DNA from: an uncultured Acidobacteriota bacterium
GTDB taxonomy: Bacteria; Acidobacteriota; Thermoanaerobaculia; UBA5066; Gp7-AA6
Length of the DNA stretch: 64,000 nt
Assembly (NCBI GenBank): GCA_963764715.1
Contig: CAVXTP010000006.1
Location: 320,001-384,000, forward strand
Reading direction: 5' to 3'
Shown piece by piece: positions 40,868 through 51,390 of the stretch. The notes below the pieces were generated by a model that had not been told where the DNA came from, ran no database searches, and worked only from the letters and a program-made list of their open reading frames with translations. The position numbers were made by a program, and so were the translations under genes. How positions within the stretch are numbered: the stretch's first letter is position 1; every line of letters starts with the position of its first letter.

Positions 40868-42848
40868 CTACATCGCCTCGAAGACGTACTCGTGCTGCCC
40901 GTCGCGGGTCACGAGGGTCTTCTTCGGGCCCGATCCCACAACGAACTCGACGCCCGAGATTCCCGGCGCCGTCGTCAGGAACGAGATCGTTCCGTCGGGG
41001 TTCCTGCGGGAGGCGACCTCGCTCTTCCACTCGCCGAAATCGAAGGTCGTCGCGCCGCCGGCGCGGCTCACGGCGATATCGCCCAGGGCCGGGTTCGCGT
41101 AATGGGCCGCGAGCTTCGCGCTCTCGGCGGCGTCGGCCGGCACGGTCAGGAGCTTTCGCTCGGCGGCGAGCTGCGCGTAGAACGCCTTGCCCGCCGCGGC
41201 GACCTGGTCCGCCGCCTCGGGACGGCCGTCGAACAGCACCTCGAGGAGACGGCGCCGGAACTGCGTGCGGAGGATCCAGCCCGGGTCGGCGTTGGTCAGG
41301 ATGACGGCGCCGACGTTCTGGGCCGGCAGCCACATCATGTCGCTGTGGTAGCCGATCATGTCGCCGCCGTGGTGCACGACCGTGACGTCGTAGGACGTGT
41401 CGACCATGAGTCCCATGCCGTACGTCGTGTCCTTGCCGATCGCCACCTGGGGCGCGCGCCGCTCGAGCAGCGGTTCCTTCGGTATGTAGGCCTTGCCGTC
41501 CGGAAGCTTCCCGTCGGCGAGCTCCATCGACACGTAGCGAAGCATGTCGGACACGCTGCTCCAGGCGGCGCCCGCCGGCCGCAGCGGGATGATGGCGTAG
41601 TTGAGCTCCATCGCCGCGCGCGCGGGCCGGCCGTCGATGTCGGGCGCGTACGGGCCCGCGTGGTCGCCGGCGAGGGCCCGCGCGTAGTCGAAGGTCGTCG
41701 CCTTCATGCCGAGCGGATCGAACACCTGCGTCTGCATCGCGCGGTCGTAGGCGGCGCCGAGCTCGAGGTCCGGGATAGAGCACGTGGCCGGCCGTGAAGC
41801 CGGCGGCCCCGGCCATCGGGTTCGAGTACTGGAACAGCTCGCCGAACTTGCTCGTCGGCTGCATCGTCCCGAGGGTCGCGAGCGCCTTGTCGGGCGTCAC
41901 GCCCCGGAACTCGAAGATCCACTCGAGGTCCTGCCGCGGCAGGCCGGTGCAGGCGCAGATGAGCTGCCGGACGAGCACCTTCTTCGTCGTTTCGGCGTCG
42001 CCCAGCTTGAACGAGGGCAGGAGGCTCGTGACCGGCGTGTCCCAGGTCAGCTTGCCCTCGGCGACGAGGCGCGCGAGCAGCAGCGTGGTGAGCGCCTTGG
42101 TGTTGGACGCGATCATGAAGAGCGTGTCGCCGTCGATCTTCGCCGGCTGGCCGAGCTCGCGCACGCCGTAGCCCCCGGCGAAGACGAGCTTTCCGTCCTG
42201 GACGATCCCGAGCGCGACTCCCGGAATGCCGAGCTCCTTCTGGCCCGTCTCGATGAAACGGCCGAGCTCGGCGAGGCGGGCCGCGTCGAGTCGGTTCGCC
42301 TTCTTTCCGGCGAACGTCTCGCGCGTGTAGCCCTTCGGCTGGAGTCGGTCGAAGATCAGCGCGACCTGCGCTCCCCGCTTTTCGCCGACCGCCTGCGCCA
42401 TGTCGTAGATCACGACCGTCCAGCCGCCGCCGGCGTACGCCGCCAGCGCCAGCACGTCGCGCTTCTCGTTCGGCGACGTCTGGTAGTCGTAGGTGCGCTG
42501 CTTCGACCAGCCGTTGCGGTCGGGCCGGTCGCTGGCGACCTTGAGCGGCCACTTCGCGTCCGGCTTGTACGCGGCCCAGGCCGCCGCGACCGCCGCGTCG
42601 GCGTCCTTCCCGTCGACGTCGACGAGGGCGATGCGCGAGTCCCCCTCGGGGGCTTCGACGATCGTCACGGGCCCTCGCACGGCGACCGTCCAGCCGACGG
42701 GAGCGATGAAGGTGTTGCCGCGGACGGTGGTCTGCGGCGTGTCGACGGCGAGGGCCGAACCGGCCGGTGCCAACGGTGCGGTGGCGGGCGGGGCTTGCGC
42801 GAAGGACGGAGCGGCCGCGAGCAGGAGCAGACCGGCGATCGATTTCAT
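40868..42848 (-). CDS. Beta-lactamase-family serine hydrolase (frameshift ~41770)
   Basis: Signal peptide; FMIASNTK (SxxK), FQYSN, HHGG. Confidence 0.85.
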
Positions 42849-42877
42849 GAAAACGACGATATCGCAGGCCGGCGCCC

Positions 42878-43885
42878 TCAGGTCCTCCCCGGACAGCGCC
42901 GGCAGATCGGGATCAGGGCCTCCATCCGGCGACGGTGTCCTTCGCGGTACTGGCGCATCACCTGACCGTTCCACATCGCGGACAACGTCGTATCGCCGAC
43001 GTTGCCCAGGACCAGTCCCTCCGGGTGCCCGAGCTGCATCCACGAGTAGCTGCAGAGGTTGACGACGCCGTTCCAGTGGACGTCCATCTTCTTGAACGGA
43101 AGCGTGCAGCGTCCTTCCAGGTCCGGGACGAAGCTGCTGTCGTGTCCCACGGCGAAGTCGAGGATGTACTGCCGGGAGACGACGTCCGCATAGGGCGCCC
43201 AGAACCGGACGATCTCGCGTTCGCGCTCACGGTCGGCGGGCGCGAGCATCACGCGCACGTTGACGAGCGTCCGGGAGCCCCGGGACCGCTTCAGGGAGGC
43301 CAGGCGCCGCAGATTGAACAGCAGCCGGTCGAACCGCCCGCCGATCCGCTGCCGCTCGTACGCGGCCGCGTTCGCGCCGTCGACGGACACGTTGAGCTCC
43401 TGCAGGCTGTCGAGGCACGCCCTCATGATCTCGTCGTCGACTTTCTGCCAGTTCGACGTGAGGGACAGGTAGCGAACCGCGGCCGCGAGCCTCCGGACGT
43501 ACTCGGGAAACCGGGGATGGAGCGTGGCCTCGCCGTTCCCGCAGATCGATACCCGGGGGACGCGACCGTCGCGCGCCTGGGCGACGAGCCGGTCGAACGT
43601 GGCCTCGGTCATCAGGCCGCGGGGACGCCGGGTGGTCGGATTCGTGCAGTACCCGCAGGCGAGGTTGCAGTGGTTCGTGAGCTCGACGCTCAGCAGCGGC
43701 GGCGAGGGCGCGTCCCGCATGCCGAACGGAAACTCCGCCCGGACGAGCTCCTTGAGCGGCACCCGGCCCAGGCTCCGGAGCACGAGCCGGGCGTAGAGGG
43801 GAAACAGGTAGCGGATCCGGTGGATCCGGTTCGTGTTCCTGAACGAGCGGGCGGGAGTGAACGAAGGGAGAGCGGCGGACTTCAT
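42878..43885 (-). CDS. Radical SAM / SPASM(twitch)-domain protein
   Basis: CNLACGYC, GNGEATLHP, CTLPF..NLC..LGNV..CRRC. Confidence 0.9.
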   Translation of the reverse strand: MKSAALPSFTPARSFRNTNRIHRIRYLFPLYARLVLRSLGRVPLKELVRAEFPFGMRDAPSPPLLSVELTNHCNLACGYCTNPTTRRPRGLMTEATFDRLVAQARDGRVPRVSICGNGEATLHPRFPEYVRRLAAAVRYLSLTSNWQKVDDEIMRACLDSLQELNVSVDGANAAAYERQRIGGRFDRLLFNLRRLASLKRSRGSRTLVNVRVMLAPADREREREIVRFWAPYADVVSRQYILDFAVGHDSSFVPDLEGRCTLPFKKMDVHWNGVVNLCSYSWMQLGHPEGLVLGNVGDTTLSAMWNGQVMRQYREGHRRRMEALIPICRRCPGRT

Positions 43886-43952
43886 GGAGGACCCCCGGGA
43901 GTCGGGACTGGCCGAGAATTATGCACCCGTCGAGAATCCGGTCAACCCGCGG

Positions 43953-44149
43953 CCTGCCACCCGCCGGCCCGCACCGGCCTCTTCGGAGACGTCGCCTGTC
44001 CGGGGACTTTCACAACCTAGATCGAGCGGCTCTCCACGCTCGGCATCACCGGCGGCTGCTCCGCGTCGCCGCTGCTCTACTGCCCGACGGGCAACGTCAC
44101 CCGCGGCCAGATGGCGGTGTTCGTAGTCGAGACGTTCGGCCTTCCGTAA
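43953..44149 (+). pseudogene. Orphan C-terminal SLH-module remnant with internal TAG
   Basis: PPARTGLFGDVACPGTFTT*IERL..GITGGC..YCP..VTRGQMAVFVVETFGLP*. Confidence 0.75.
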
Positions 44150-44184
44150 CCGGCGCGGACACGCCGCACTCTCCGATCACCGGG

Positions 44185-44976
44185 TCAGGTCCGATCGCGG
44201 GCCAGGACGACGTGCCGGGAGTAGAAGTCCGGGTTGTTCTCGCCGAACGCCGTGATCCGGAACGGGGTCGGGAGGCCTCGTTCGAGGCTCTCGGCGACGA
44301 GGCGCCCGACGCTGTAGGGCTCCCGCACGATCACGACCGCATCGGCGGGAGCGGTTTCGCGGACCCGCTCCAGGACGCGTGCTTTCATCGAAACCTGGTT
44401 GGCGAGATAGACGATCTGCGCTCCGGCATAGTCGTGCGCCGCCCCGTCGGAGCATTCGATCCGAATGCGGCGTTCTCCCATGGCCTCGACCACGCGTCGG
44501 GCGGTTCCCGCGGCGCGAACGTCCACGTCGAGGGCCACGATCTCGGGAACGGTGGTCGCGTCGCGCACGAGGAGAGCGGCCGCGGGAAAGGCGCCGCAGC
44601 CCACCATGACGAACCGGCGGCAGGCGTCGAAGTCCGCCAGCCTCAGAACCTCGGGCACCCGGTCGTACGTGTGGCGGCCGAAGTCGGAACGCACCCGGTC
44701 CGACGCCGCCACGCCCTCCTTCCAGTCCGCCGCCGCCAGCCGCTCGGCTTCCCGGGCCTCACGGAGGGCCAGCGAGCGCCTTTGAAACGGCGCCAGCGCC
44801 TCGGCCCACGCAGGAGTCGAGTCGAGGAGCGCGTCGATCGCGGTAGCGGCGGGGCCGGTGATCCAGGCCCAGCTCTCGCCCCAGAGCTCCTCGAACGCGT
44901 CGTCGCCGCGGGCTTCCCGGAGGCGCTCCCTCCAGTCCGCGATCCCCCCGGCGACTCCGTCCTCGGGCCTCCTCAC
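44185..44976 (-). CDS. Nicotianamine-synthase-like SAM-dependent enzyme
   Basis: FVMVGCGAFPAA, ALDVD, IVYLANQVSMKARVL..VIVRE; GTGA overlap with the upstream gene. Confidence 0.6.
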   Translation of the reverse strand: MRRPEDGVAGGIADWRERLREARGDDAFEELWGESWAWITGPAATAIDALLDSTPAWAEALAPFQRRSLALREAREAERLAAADWKEGVAASDRVRSDFGRHTYDRVPEVLRLADFDACRRFVMVGCGAFPAAALLVRDATTVPEIVALDVDVRAAGTARRVVEAMGERRIRIECSDGAAHDYAGAQIVYLANQVSMKARVLERVRETAPADAVVIVREPYSVGRLVAESLERGLPTPFRITAFGENNPDFYSRHVVLARDRT

Positions 44977-46229
44977 GTTCCCGGAGGGCGTCGGAGCGGT
45001 TCCGGCCCCCTCGGCGTCCGACCGGCGGCGACCGCCCGCCGCCAGGCGCGGCGAAGAAACGCCCGCCGCCCGAAGAGACGCTCCACGCCCGCGCGCGCCC
45101 CGTGACGCAGACGGCCTCTCCACCCGAGGATGTGGTCGACCGTCCGGACGATGTCGTTGCGTCCCCGCTCGCGGGCCAGTGCCCGCACGCGATTCAGATG
45201 GCGGCGCTGCCAGGGCTTGTCGACCCACAGGGCGCGCGCCCGGCCGAGGTCCAGAGGACCGGGAAAGGTCGGACACGCCCCCAGACCGACGACGGTCTCG
45301 AGCATCAGCATCGTGACGAGACACTTCTCGCAGCGTCCGCAGTTGCGCCCGTCCGACGACTTGAAGCAGACGCGCAGGTGGCGGCGGGCGACCTCCGAGG
45401 GAGCGATCGCCAGGACCTTGTCGGCCCGGTCGTGCGCTGCTCCGTCGTTGCGCACGCGGAGGGTCCAGGAGGAGAACAGGGTATCCGTGAAGGGATGGCT
45501 CCCCCAGGGAACGAGTTGCGTGTAGATGTTGGACGCGGGGATCAGAGCCCGGCCGTAGCGGGAACCGAGGGCGAGCGGCACGGACGCGAGAACGGGACCG
45601 TGGCCCCAGAGGCCCCAGTCGACGAATCGGTCCCACTGCGTCGAGCGGTCGCGCACGTTCGTGCGCACGTACACGAGCGGCCGCCCGAGGGCCTCGGCGA
45701 CCTCGGTGAGCGAGCGTCGGGCGCGCGCGGTGCCCTCGACGGCGTCGAGGCGGAGGTCGAGGCCGCCGACGAAGATGAACTCGTCGATCTCGCCCCGTTC
45801 GTCGCGCCCGTCCCCGTCGCCGTGATCGAGAGCGGTGAAGAACGAGTCGACGCCGCCGGAGAGAAACGCGCACGTCCGCCGCGGCGGAGTCCCGGACGGG
45901 AGCTCGGCCACGGGCCCGCGGAGAGGGACGACCCTCGTCTCGCCGTACCACGAGCGCCACACGCGAAGGACCTCGCGCGCGCCGTCCAGGAGCGGACGGT
46001 CGACCGGCAGGTCCCACTCCAGGGGTTCTCCGAGGGACGCGGCGAGCGGCAGGAGCGCGGCCAGCCAGGGGTTTCCGTCGCGCGCGAGGTCGCCGGCCAG
46101 CGCGGCCGGCACCTCGTACCAGTACGTCTCGGCGGGAGCCGACACGGCCGCGTACGTGACGCGCGCGGCCAGGCGGACGCGGTCCGGATCCCCCGGAACA
46201 TCCTCGACCGAGCTGGGGCCGACGTGCAC
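44973..46229 (-). CDS. PP-loop (QueC-like) ATP pyrophosphatase-family protein
   Basis: AFLSGGVDS; PWGSHP; VC..NCGRCEKC Cys cluster. Confidence 0.7.
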   Translation of the reverse strand: MHVGPSSVEDVPGDPDRVRLAARVTYAAVSAPAETYWYEVPAALAGDLARDGNPWLAALLPLAASLGEPLEWDLPVDRPLLDGAREVLRVWRSWYGETRVVPLRGPVAELPSGTPPRRTCAFLSGGVDSFFTALDHGDGDGRDERGEIDEFIFVGGLDLRLDAVEGTARARRSLTEVAEALGRPLVYVRTNVRDRSTQWDRFVDWGLWGHGPVLASVPLALGSRYGRALIPASNIYTQLVPWGSHPFTDTLFSSWTLRVRNDGAAHDRADKVLAIAPSEVARRHLRVCFKSSDGRNCGRCEKCLVTMLMLETVVGLGACPTFPGPLDLGRARALWVDKPWQRRHLNRVRALARERGRNDIVRTVDHILGWRGRLRHGARAGVERLFGRRAFLRRAWRRAVAAGRTPRGPEPLRRPPGT

Positions 46230-46312
46230 GCGGCAAGTCTAGATGAACGCGGCGAACGCATCGGTGAGCGCCGCCACGTCCGAGGTCCGATTCGGACCTG
46301 AGAGGGCAACCG

Positions 46313-46336
46313 GTGGCGGAGCCGTCGGGACTCGAA
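46313..46336 (-). repeat. Degenerate duplicate of tRNA-Asp 3' end (att-like remnant)
   Basis: GTGGCGGAGCCGTCGGGACTCGAA vs GTGGCGGGGCCGACGGGACTCGAA at 58503-58526, 22/24 identical, same orientation. Confidence 0.7.
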
Positions 46337-46517
46337 ATCAGGACCGTCAGCGCGTCGCCGGAGCGCGCTCGAGCAACGCGGGCCAGCCGATGATCAGGTC
46401 GCCACACACGGGGAGATGCACTTGAATCAAGCGGCTCGGGCCGCCCGATTGATCCGATCGCGTCATGCATCGCGGCCGGTAGACGCCGTAGGGTGGTCGT
46501 TTCCGGAGGTATCCGCC

Positions 46518-47669
46518 ATGCAACGTAAACTCCACTCGCTGCCGCTCAGCCTCCTGGCCCTCGTCATCGCGACGCCGGCGCTCTGCGGTCCGTCGAGGCC
46601 CGGCAATCGCGACAAGACGGTCACCGTGATGACCCGGAACCTCTACTACGGCGCGGACCTCGGTCCTGCGATCGGGGCCATCGGCACCGGGGATCCCGAA
46701 GTCATCATCCCCGCCGTCTCCGAGCTGTGGGGAGTCGTGAAGTTCACCGACTTCCCGTCGCGTGCACAGGGGCTGGCCGACGAGATCGAGCAGGTCCAGC
46801 CCGACCTCATCGGGCTCCAGGAGGCCTCGCTCTGGCAAAGCGACCCCTACGACGGGAGCGCCGAGCCCAACGCGGCCCACGTCGAGTACGACTTCGTGCA
46901 GATCCTGATCGACACGCTCGAGGCCCGCGGCCTGCACTACGCGGTCGCCGGCATGGAAATCGGCTTCGACGCGGAGTTCCCGGGCTTCCTCTCCCCGGAG
47001 GACGCCGAGAACGGATTCCTGTCGGACATCCGCCTGACCGACCGGGAGGTCATCCTCGCGCGCGCGGACCTGCGCGCGTCCGAGCTCAAACTGTCGAACC
47101 CCCGAGCCGCCAACTTCGAGACCAACCTGCAGTTCCCCGTCGGCCCCGATCCCGACAGCCCGCTCTTCACCCTCTGGCGCGGCTGGGCCTCCGTGGACGC
47201 CAAGGTCCGGGGGAAGACGTTCCGTTTCGTGACGACCCATCTCGAGGACGAGTCCATCGACGTGCGCAACGCCCAGGCGCTCGAGATTCTCTCCGGCCCC
47301 GCGGACACGGGGCTTCCCGTCGCCCTCGTCCTCGACGCCAACTCCAACGCCAACGCGGATCCCTCGACCGAGGTCTACGCCGCGTTGATTGGGGCCGGGT
47401 TCGTCGATTCGTGGTTCGAGGCGCATCCCGGGTCCGAGATCACGACCTGCTGCAGCGCGCCGGACCTGACCAACGAGGTCTTCCCCGTCGGGACCGACGA
47501 CGAGGGGCGGATCGACCTCGTGCTCTACCGCGACCACTTCGACTTTCGCACCCGGGAGGCGGACCTTCTCGGAGAGGACCCCGTCGACCGGGTCGTCAAC
47601 ACGAGCGGCATCCCGATCTGGCCGACCGACCACGCCGGCCTGTTCGCGACGCTGAAGATCCGCAACTAG
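46518..47669 (+). CDS. Secreted endonuclease/exonuclease/phosphatase-family protein
   Basis: VMTRNLY, PDLIGLQE, TTHLE, RIDLVL, TDHAG; GGAGG RBS. Confidence 0.85.
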   Translation: MQRKLHSLPLSLLALVIATPALCGPSRPGNRDKTVTVMTRNLYYGADLGPAIGAIGTGDPEVIIPAVSELWGVVKFTDFPSRAQGLADEIEQVQPDLIGLQEASLWQSDPYDGSAEPNAAHVEYDFVQILIDTLEARGLHYAVAGMEIGFDAEFPGFLSPEDAENGFLSDIRLTDREVILARADLRASELKLSNPRAANFETNLQFPVGPDPDSPLFTLWRGWASVDAKVRGKTFRFVTTHLEDESIDVRNAQALEILSGPADTGLPVALVLDANSNANADPSTEVYAALIGAGFVDSWFEAHPGSEITTCCSAPDLTNEVFPVGTDDEGRIDLVLYRDHFDFRTREADLLGEDPVDRVVNTSGIPIWPTDHAGLFATLKIRN

Positions 47670-47687
47670 GGCGGGATCGGCCGCGCG

Positions 47688-47719
47688 CTTCCTGCCCGCC
47701 GGCGGCGACGGGCAGGAAG
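47688..47719. terminator. Hairpin between convergent genes
   Basis: 11-bp stem CTTCCTGCCCG / CGGGCAGGAAG. Confidence 0.55.
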
Positions 47720-47729
47720 GCGGGGTCGC

Positions 47730-48554
47730 TCAGCTCCGGGGCTTGACGGCCCGGATGAAGGCGCTCCGGATCTTCCCGTCCACCGCGCCCGCGATCGCGT
47801 CCACGTCGATGCCGGCCGAGGTCAGAAACTCGCGGGCGTCGTTCGCCGAGTAGACGCGCGTGGGCTCGACGGTGACGTCCGCAAAGCCCGCGGCCTCGAG
47901 CTTGCGGCGGTATTCGTCTTCCGAGAGGGCGCCGGCGACGCATCCGACCCAGAGAAGCATGTTTTCGCGGACGGCCACCGGCAGCTCCCCGGCCACGACG
48001 ATGTCCGAGACCGCGAACCGGCCGCCGGGACGCAGGACCCGGAAAGCCTCCCGCAGAACGCGGTCCTTGTCGGCCGACAGGTTGATCACGCAGTTGGAGA
48101 GGATCACGTCCACCGCTCCGTCCGGCAGCGGGATGTCCTCGATCTGCCCCTTGAGAAACTCGACGTTCGTCAGGCCGGATTCCTTCTGGTGCTTGCGGGC
48201 GAGCGCCAGCATCTCGTCCGTCATGTCGAGGCCGTAGGCCTTCCCGCTCGGCCCGACCCGCTTCGCGGAGAGCAGCACGTCGATGCCGCCGCCCGAACCG
48301 AGATCGAGAACGACTTCGCCGGGCGAGAGCTTCGCGAGCGCGGTGGGATTGCCGCAGCCCAGCGAGGCGGCGAGCGCCGTCTCCGGCACGTCGGCCTTCT
48401 GCGAGATCTCGTAGAGGTTCGACGTGATCGGATCGCCCGAGAGACCGGACGCGGACGGCGCGGTCCCGCAACAGGCCGTCTTGCCGGCCGCCACCTGGAG
48501 CGCGGCCTTGCCGTACTTTTCGCGAACGACGTCGGTGATGCTCTGATCGGCCAT
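47730..48554 (-). CDS. arsM: Arsenite S-adenosylmethionine methyltransferase
   Basis: [35 protein letters not shown]. Confidence 0.93.
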   Translation of the reverse strand: MADQSITDVVREKYGKAALQVAAGKTACCGTAPSASGLSGDPITSNLYEISQKADVPETALAASLGCGNPTALAKLSPGEVVLDLGSGGGIDVLLSAKRVGPSGKAYGLDMTDEMLALARKHQKESGLTNVEFLKGQIEDIPLPDGAVDVILSNCVINLSADKDRVLREAFRVLRPGGRFAVSDIVVAGELPVAVRENMLLWVGCVAGALSEDEYRRKLEAAGFADVTVEPTRVYSANDAREFLTSAGIDVDAIAGAVDGKIRSAFIRAVKPRS

Positions 48555-48573
48555 GGGATTCCTCCTGTCCTAG

Positions 48574-48589
48574 ATCAACAAAAGTTGAT
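48574..48589. promoter_or_regulatory. Putative ArsR operator upstream of arsM
   Basis: ATCAAC-AAAA-GTTGAT palindrome, same arms as 48964-48979. Confidence 0.7.
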
Positions 48590-48606
48590 GCATTGAGTAC
48601 GCGAAA

Positions 48607-48948
48607 TCACTTCTTGCAGCATGCCGCGGCCTCCGGCAGGTGTCCGCTCCCGTACGACGCGGCGAAATCGTGCACGGCCTCGAACGCGCCGGCGTTGAGC
48701 GAGTAGTGGATCCACCGGCCCTCGCGCCTGTCCCGGATGAGGCCGGCGTCCTTCAGGGTCTTCATGTGGAAAGACAGGCGCGACTGGCCGGCGGCGAGGA
48801 GGTCCATCAGGTTGCAGACGCACTCCTCCCCGTTGCGCAGACGCTCCAGGATCGCGAGCCGCGTCTCGTCGGAAAGGGCGTGGAAGAGCCGCGCGGCCTC
48901 GGTGCGGCCCGTCTTTCCCCTGGCCGCCGTTCTACGGAGCGTCTTCAT
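48607..48948 (-). CDS. arsR: ArsR-family repressor
   Basis: FHALSDETRL, EECVCNL, QSRLSFHMKTL, C-terminal CC. Confidence 0.9.
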   Translation of the reverse strand: MKTLRRTAARGKTGRTEAARLFHALSDETRLAILERLRNGEECVCNLMDLLAAGQSRLSFHMKTLKDAGLIRDRREGRWIHYSLNAGAFEAVHDFAASYGSGHLPEAAACCKK

Positions 48949-48956
48949 GACGGGAC

Positions 48957-48986
48957 AAGTTACATCAACGAAAGTTGATATGTCAA
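48957..48986 (-). promoter_or_regulatory. arsR promoter with operator palindrome in the spacer
   Basis: Minus strand TTGACA-18 bp-TAACTT; ATCAAC-N4-GTTGAT at 48964-48979. Confidence 0.75.
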
Positions 48987-49046
48987 GAGCAACGCTGGCC
49001 GCCGCAATCGGCTCGAATGAGGCGAACGTGCACCCACCGGCCTGCG

Positions 49047-51203
49047 CTACGGCCCGTACAGCAGGAGCCCGAACGTCTTGACGAGGAACGTCGCCATCTG
49101 GCCGCGCGTGTTGGGGTTGTTCGGGCAGTAGTTGCCGCCGCCACAGCCCCCGGTGATGTTCTCCGCGGCGAGCCGCTCGATCCAGTCGGCGAACTGCGAG
49201 GGACAGGCCACGTCGCCGAAGACGCCGGCGCACGCGGGCGGCGAGTACCCGGCGACGTGCTCGGCCTTGAGCAGGAAGACGGCCATCTGGGCTCGGGTGA
49301 CGGGATTGCCGGGGCAGTAATTGCCTCCGCCGCAGCCGCCCGTGATCCCTTCACCGTAGAGCTCCTCGATCCAGTCGGCGAACTGCGAGGGGCAGGCGAC
49401 GTCGCCGAAGACGCCCGTGCAAGCGGGCGGCACGAAGGTGTCTCCATGCTTGGCCTTGAGAAGAAAGACGGCCATCTGGGCCCTCGTCACCGAGGACGAC
49501 GGACAGTAGTTGCCTCCGCCGCACCCGCCCGTGATCCCGTTGTGGAAGAGGTTTTCGATGAAGGCGTAGAAGAGGTTCGACGTCGGCACGTCCGGGAAGC
49601 TCCCTCCCACGTGGAGCGTCCAGGTCTTCGTGATCGGGAAGTTGAGGGTCTCGAGGAACGTGGCGTCCCAGTGCGGAACGGGCCGGGAGCCCGAGACCGT
49701 CGCCATGAAGCAATCGTGCGTCACCGTCCCGTCGTAACAGTTCGCGGTGGCCCCGGCTGCGATCGTGCCGTACACCGCGGAGGTGTCGTCGAGCGTGTAA
49801 ACCGCGGCGCCCGGTCCGGTGAACGTCGAAGCGGCGCCGCTGAAGGCCAGGGGCAACGTCGAAATGTTCTTCCACGCCGGCTCGAGTTGAATCGTTTCGC
49901 CGGGCTCCAGGACGCCGTTGACGTTGGAGCTCGTTCCGGGTGCGGCATGGACGTCCACCGCCATCGGCTGAGCGAAGTCGAACAGGAGGGACCGGCTCGC
50001 CACGCCGTTCTGCGACCCGTCCCGGCCGTCGCTCTGCCACGTGACCTGGAGATTGCCGGAGATGTTGCCCATGAAAGCGGCGGACGGAGAGGTCTGGATT
50101 CCGGTGGTGAAGGTGTTGACGGGAAACTCGTGCCCCTTCGGCCGGCCGCCGGCGTCGAACAGCCGCCCGGAAATTCCCCCGTCTCCGTCGGTGGCCTGGC
50201 TCGACCACACGACGCAGAAGTTGCCGGCGGGCTCGGCCGAAACGGTCGCCGCCAGCTGGTAGGACGCCGTCTCGGTGTTGACGCGGAACTCCGGCCCGAG
50301 CCGCCCGCCGCTCGCGTCGAAGCGCTGCCCGAAGACGCCCGTGCCCGAGCCGTCCTGGCCCTCGCTCGTCCACACGACGATGAAGTTGCCGGAGCCGTCC
50401 ATCGCCACCGCCGGATAGCTCTGGAAGCCGCTCGTGTACGTGTTGACCTGGAACTCCCCTCCGAGAGCGCTGCCGGCGTTGTCGAAGCGCTGGCCGAAGA
50501 TGCCCTGGCCCGAACCGTCCTCGCCAAAGCTCTGCCAGACGACGACGTAGTTGCCGGCGGGGGCGGCGGCGACGGCCGGAAAGCCCTGGTCGCTCGTCGT
50601 GTAGGTGTTGACCTGAACCCGGCCGCCGACCGGGCTGGCCGCCGAGTCGAAGCGCTGCGCGAACACGCCGTAGCCGCTGCCGTCCCCGTAGCTGCTCGTC
50701 CATGCGACCACGAAGTAGCCCCCGACCGTCATGGCGACGCGGGGCGCGAAGTCCTGGCCGCCCAGGACGAAGTCGACGGTGAAGGGCGGGGCCAGCGGAT
50801 AACCGCCGTTGCTCATGCGCGCGCCCTGGATGCCGCCGCCGAGGCCGAAGGCGTCGCCCCACACCACGACGAAGTCCCCCGAGAACGCATCCATCGAGAT
50901 GTCGGGCTGCGCTTCGTTGCCGGCCGTGTACCCGACGTTGGCCTGAAACTCCGGGGGGATGATGCCGAACCCGGGCTCCCACTGGCCGTAGACGCCGTAC
51001 GAGTATCCGTCCTGGCCGTAGCTCTCCCAGGTCACGACGAAGTCCCCCGCGGCGTTCCCCGCGGCGATGCGCGGGCGCTGCTGGTTGCCGGTGGTGTAGC
51101 TGTTGATGCGGCGCTCGTCGCCGGCGGCGGGAGACTGGGCGCCGGCCGCGGTGGTCAGAAGGACGCCCAGGACGAACGGAACCAACGCCAGCCGCATGCG
51201 CAT
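49047..51203 (-). CDS. Secreted repeat (beta-propeller-like) protein with Ig-like and SLH domains
   Basis: EFQVNTYT..Q..PAVA..G.F.VVW repeats; NGVLEPGE..HWDA..WTLHVG; three SLH units. Confidence 0.85.
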   Translation of the reverse strand: MRMRLALVPFVLGVLLTTAAGAQSPAAGDERRINSYTTGNQQRPRIAAGNAAGDFVVTWESYGQDGYSYGVYGQWEPGFGIIPPEFQANVGYTAGNEAQPDISMDAFSGDFVVVWGDAFGLGGGIQGARMSNGGYPLAPPFTVDFVLGGQDFAPRVAMTVGGYFVVAWTSSYGDGSGYGVFAQRFDSAASPVGGRVQVNTYTTSDQGFPAVAAAPAGNYVVVWQSFGEDGSGQGIFGQRFDNAGSALGGEFQVNTYTSGFQSYPAVAMDGSGNFIVVWTSEGQDGSGTGVFGQRFDASGGRLGPEFRVNTETASYQLAATVSAEPAGNFCVVWSSQATDGDGGISGRLFDAGGRPKGHEFPVNTFTTGIQTSPSAAFMGNISGNLQVTWQSDGRDGSQNGVASRSLLFDFAQPMAVDVHAAPGTSSNVNGVLEPGETIQLEPAWKNISTLPLAFSGAASTFTGPGAAVYTLDDTSAVYGTIAAGATANCYDGTVTHDCFMATVSGSRPVPHWDATFLETLNFPITKTWTLHVGGSFPDVPTSNLFYAFIENLFHNGITGGCGGGNYCPSSSVTRAQMAVFLLKAKHGDTFVPPACTGVFGDVACPSQFADWIEELYGEGITGGCGGGNYCPGNPVTRAQMAVFLLKAEHVAGYSPPACAGVFGDVACPSQFADWIERLAAENITGGCGGGNYCPNNPNTRGQMATFLVKTFGLLLYGP

Positions 51204-51390
51204 ATGGCCCTCGATGAAGGATCAGTGTACTCCGCTCTACGGCTCTCCGCGGCTGCGAGCCCGTGGACTCGAGGACCCGGAGCGCGTGGCCGCGCGCCCG
51301 CGTCGTCACGCCGCGCCGGGCGAGCAGGCCGGGGGCCTCGTCGTACCGGATCGTGGCGGGGCCGACGGGGCGACGGCCTTCCGTCCGGTG

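Noticed and set aside
44018-44020. Amber readthrough (pyrrolysine or recoding) in the SLH remnant
   Set aside because: TGG-to-TAG point change in a start-less fragment; TAG is a normal stop in many genes here
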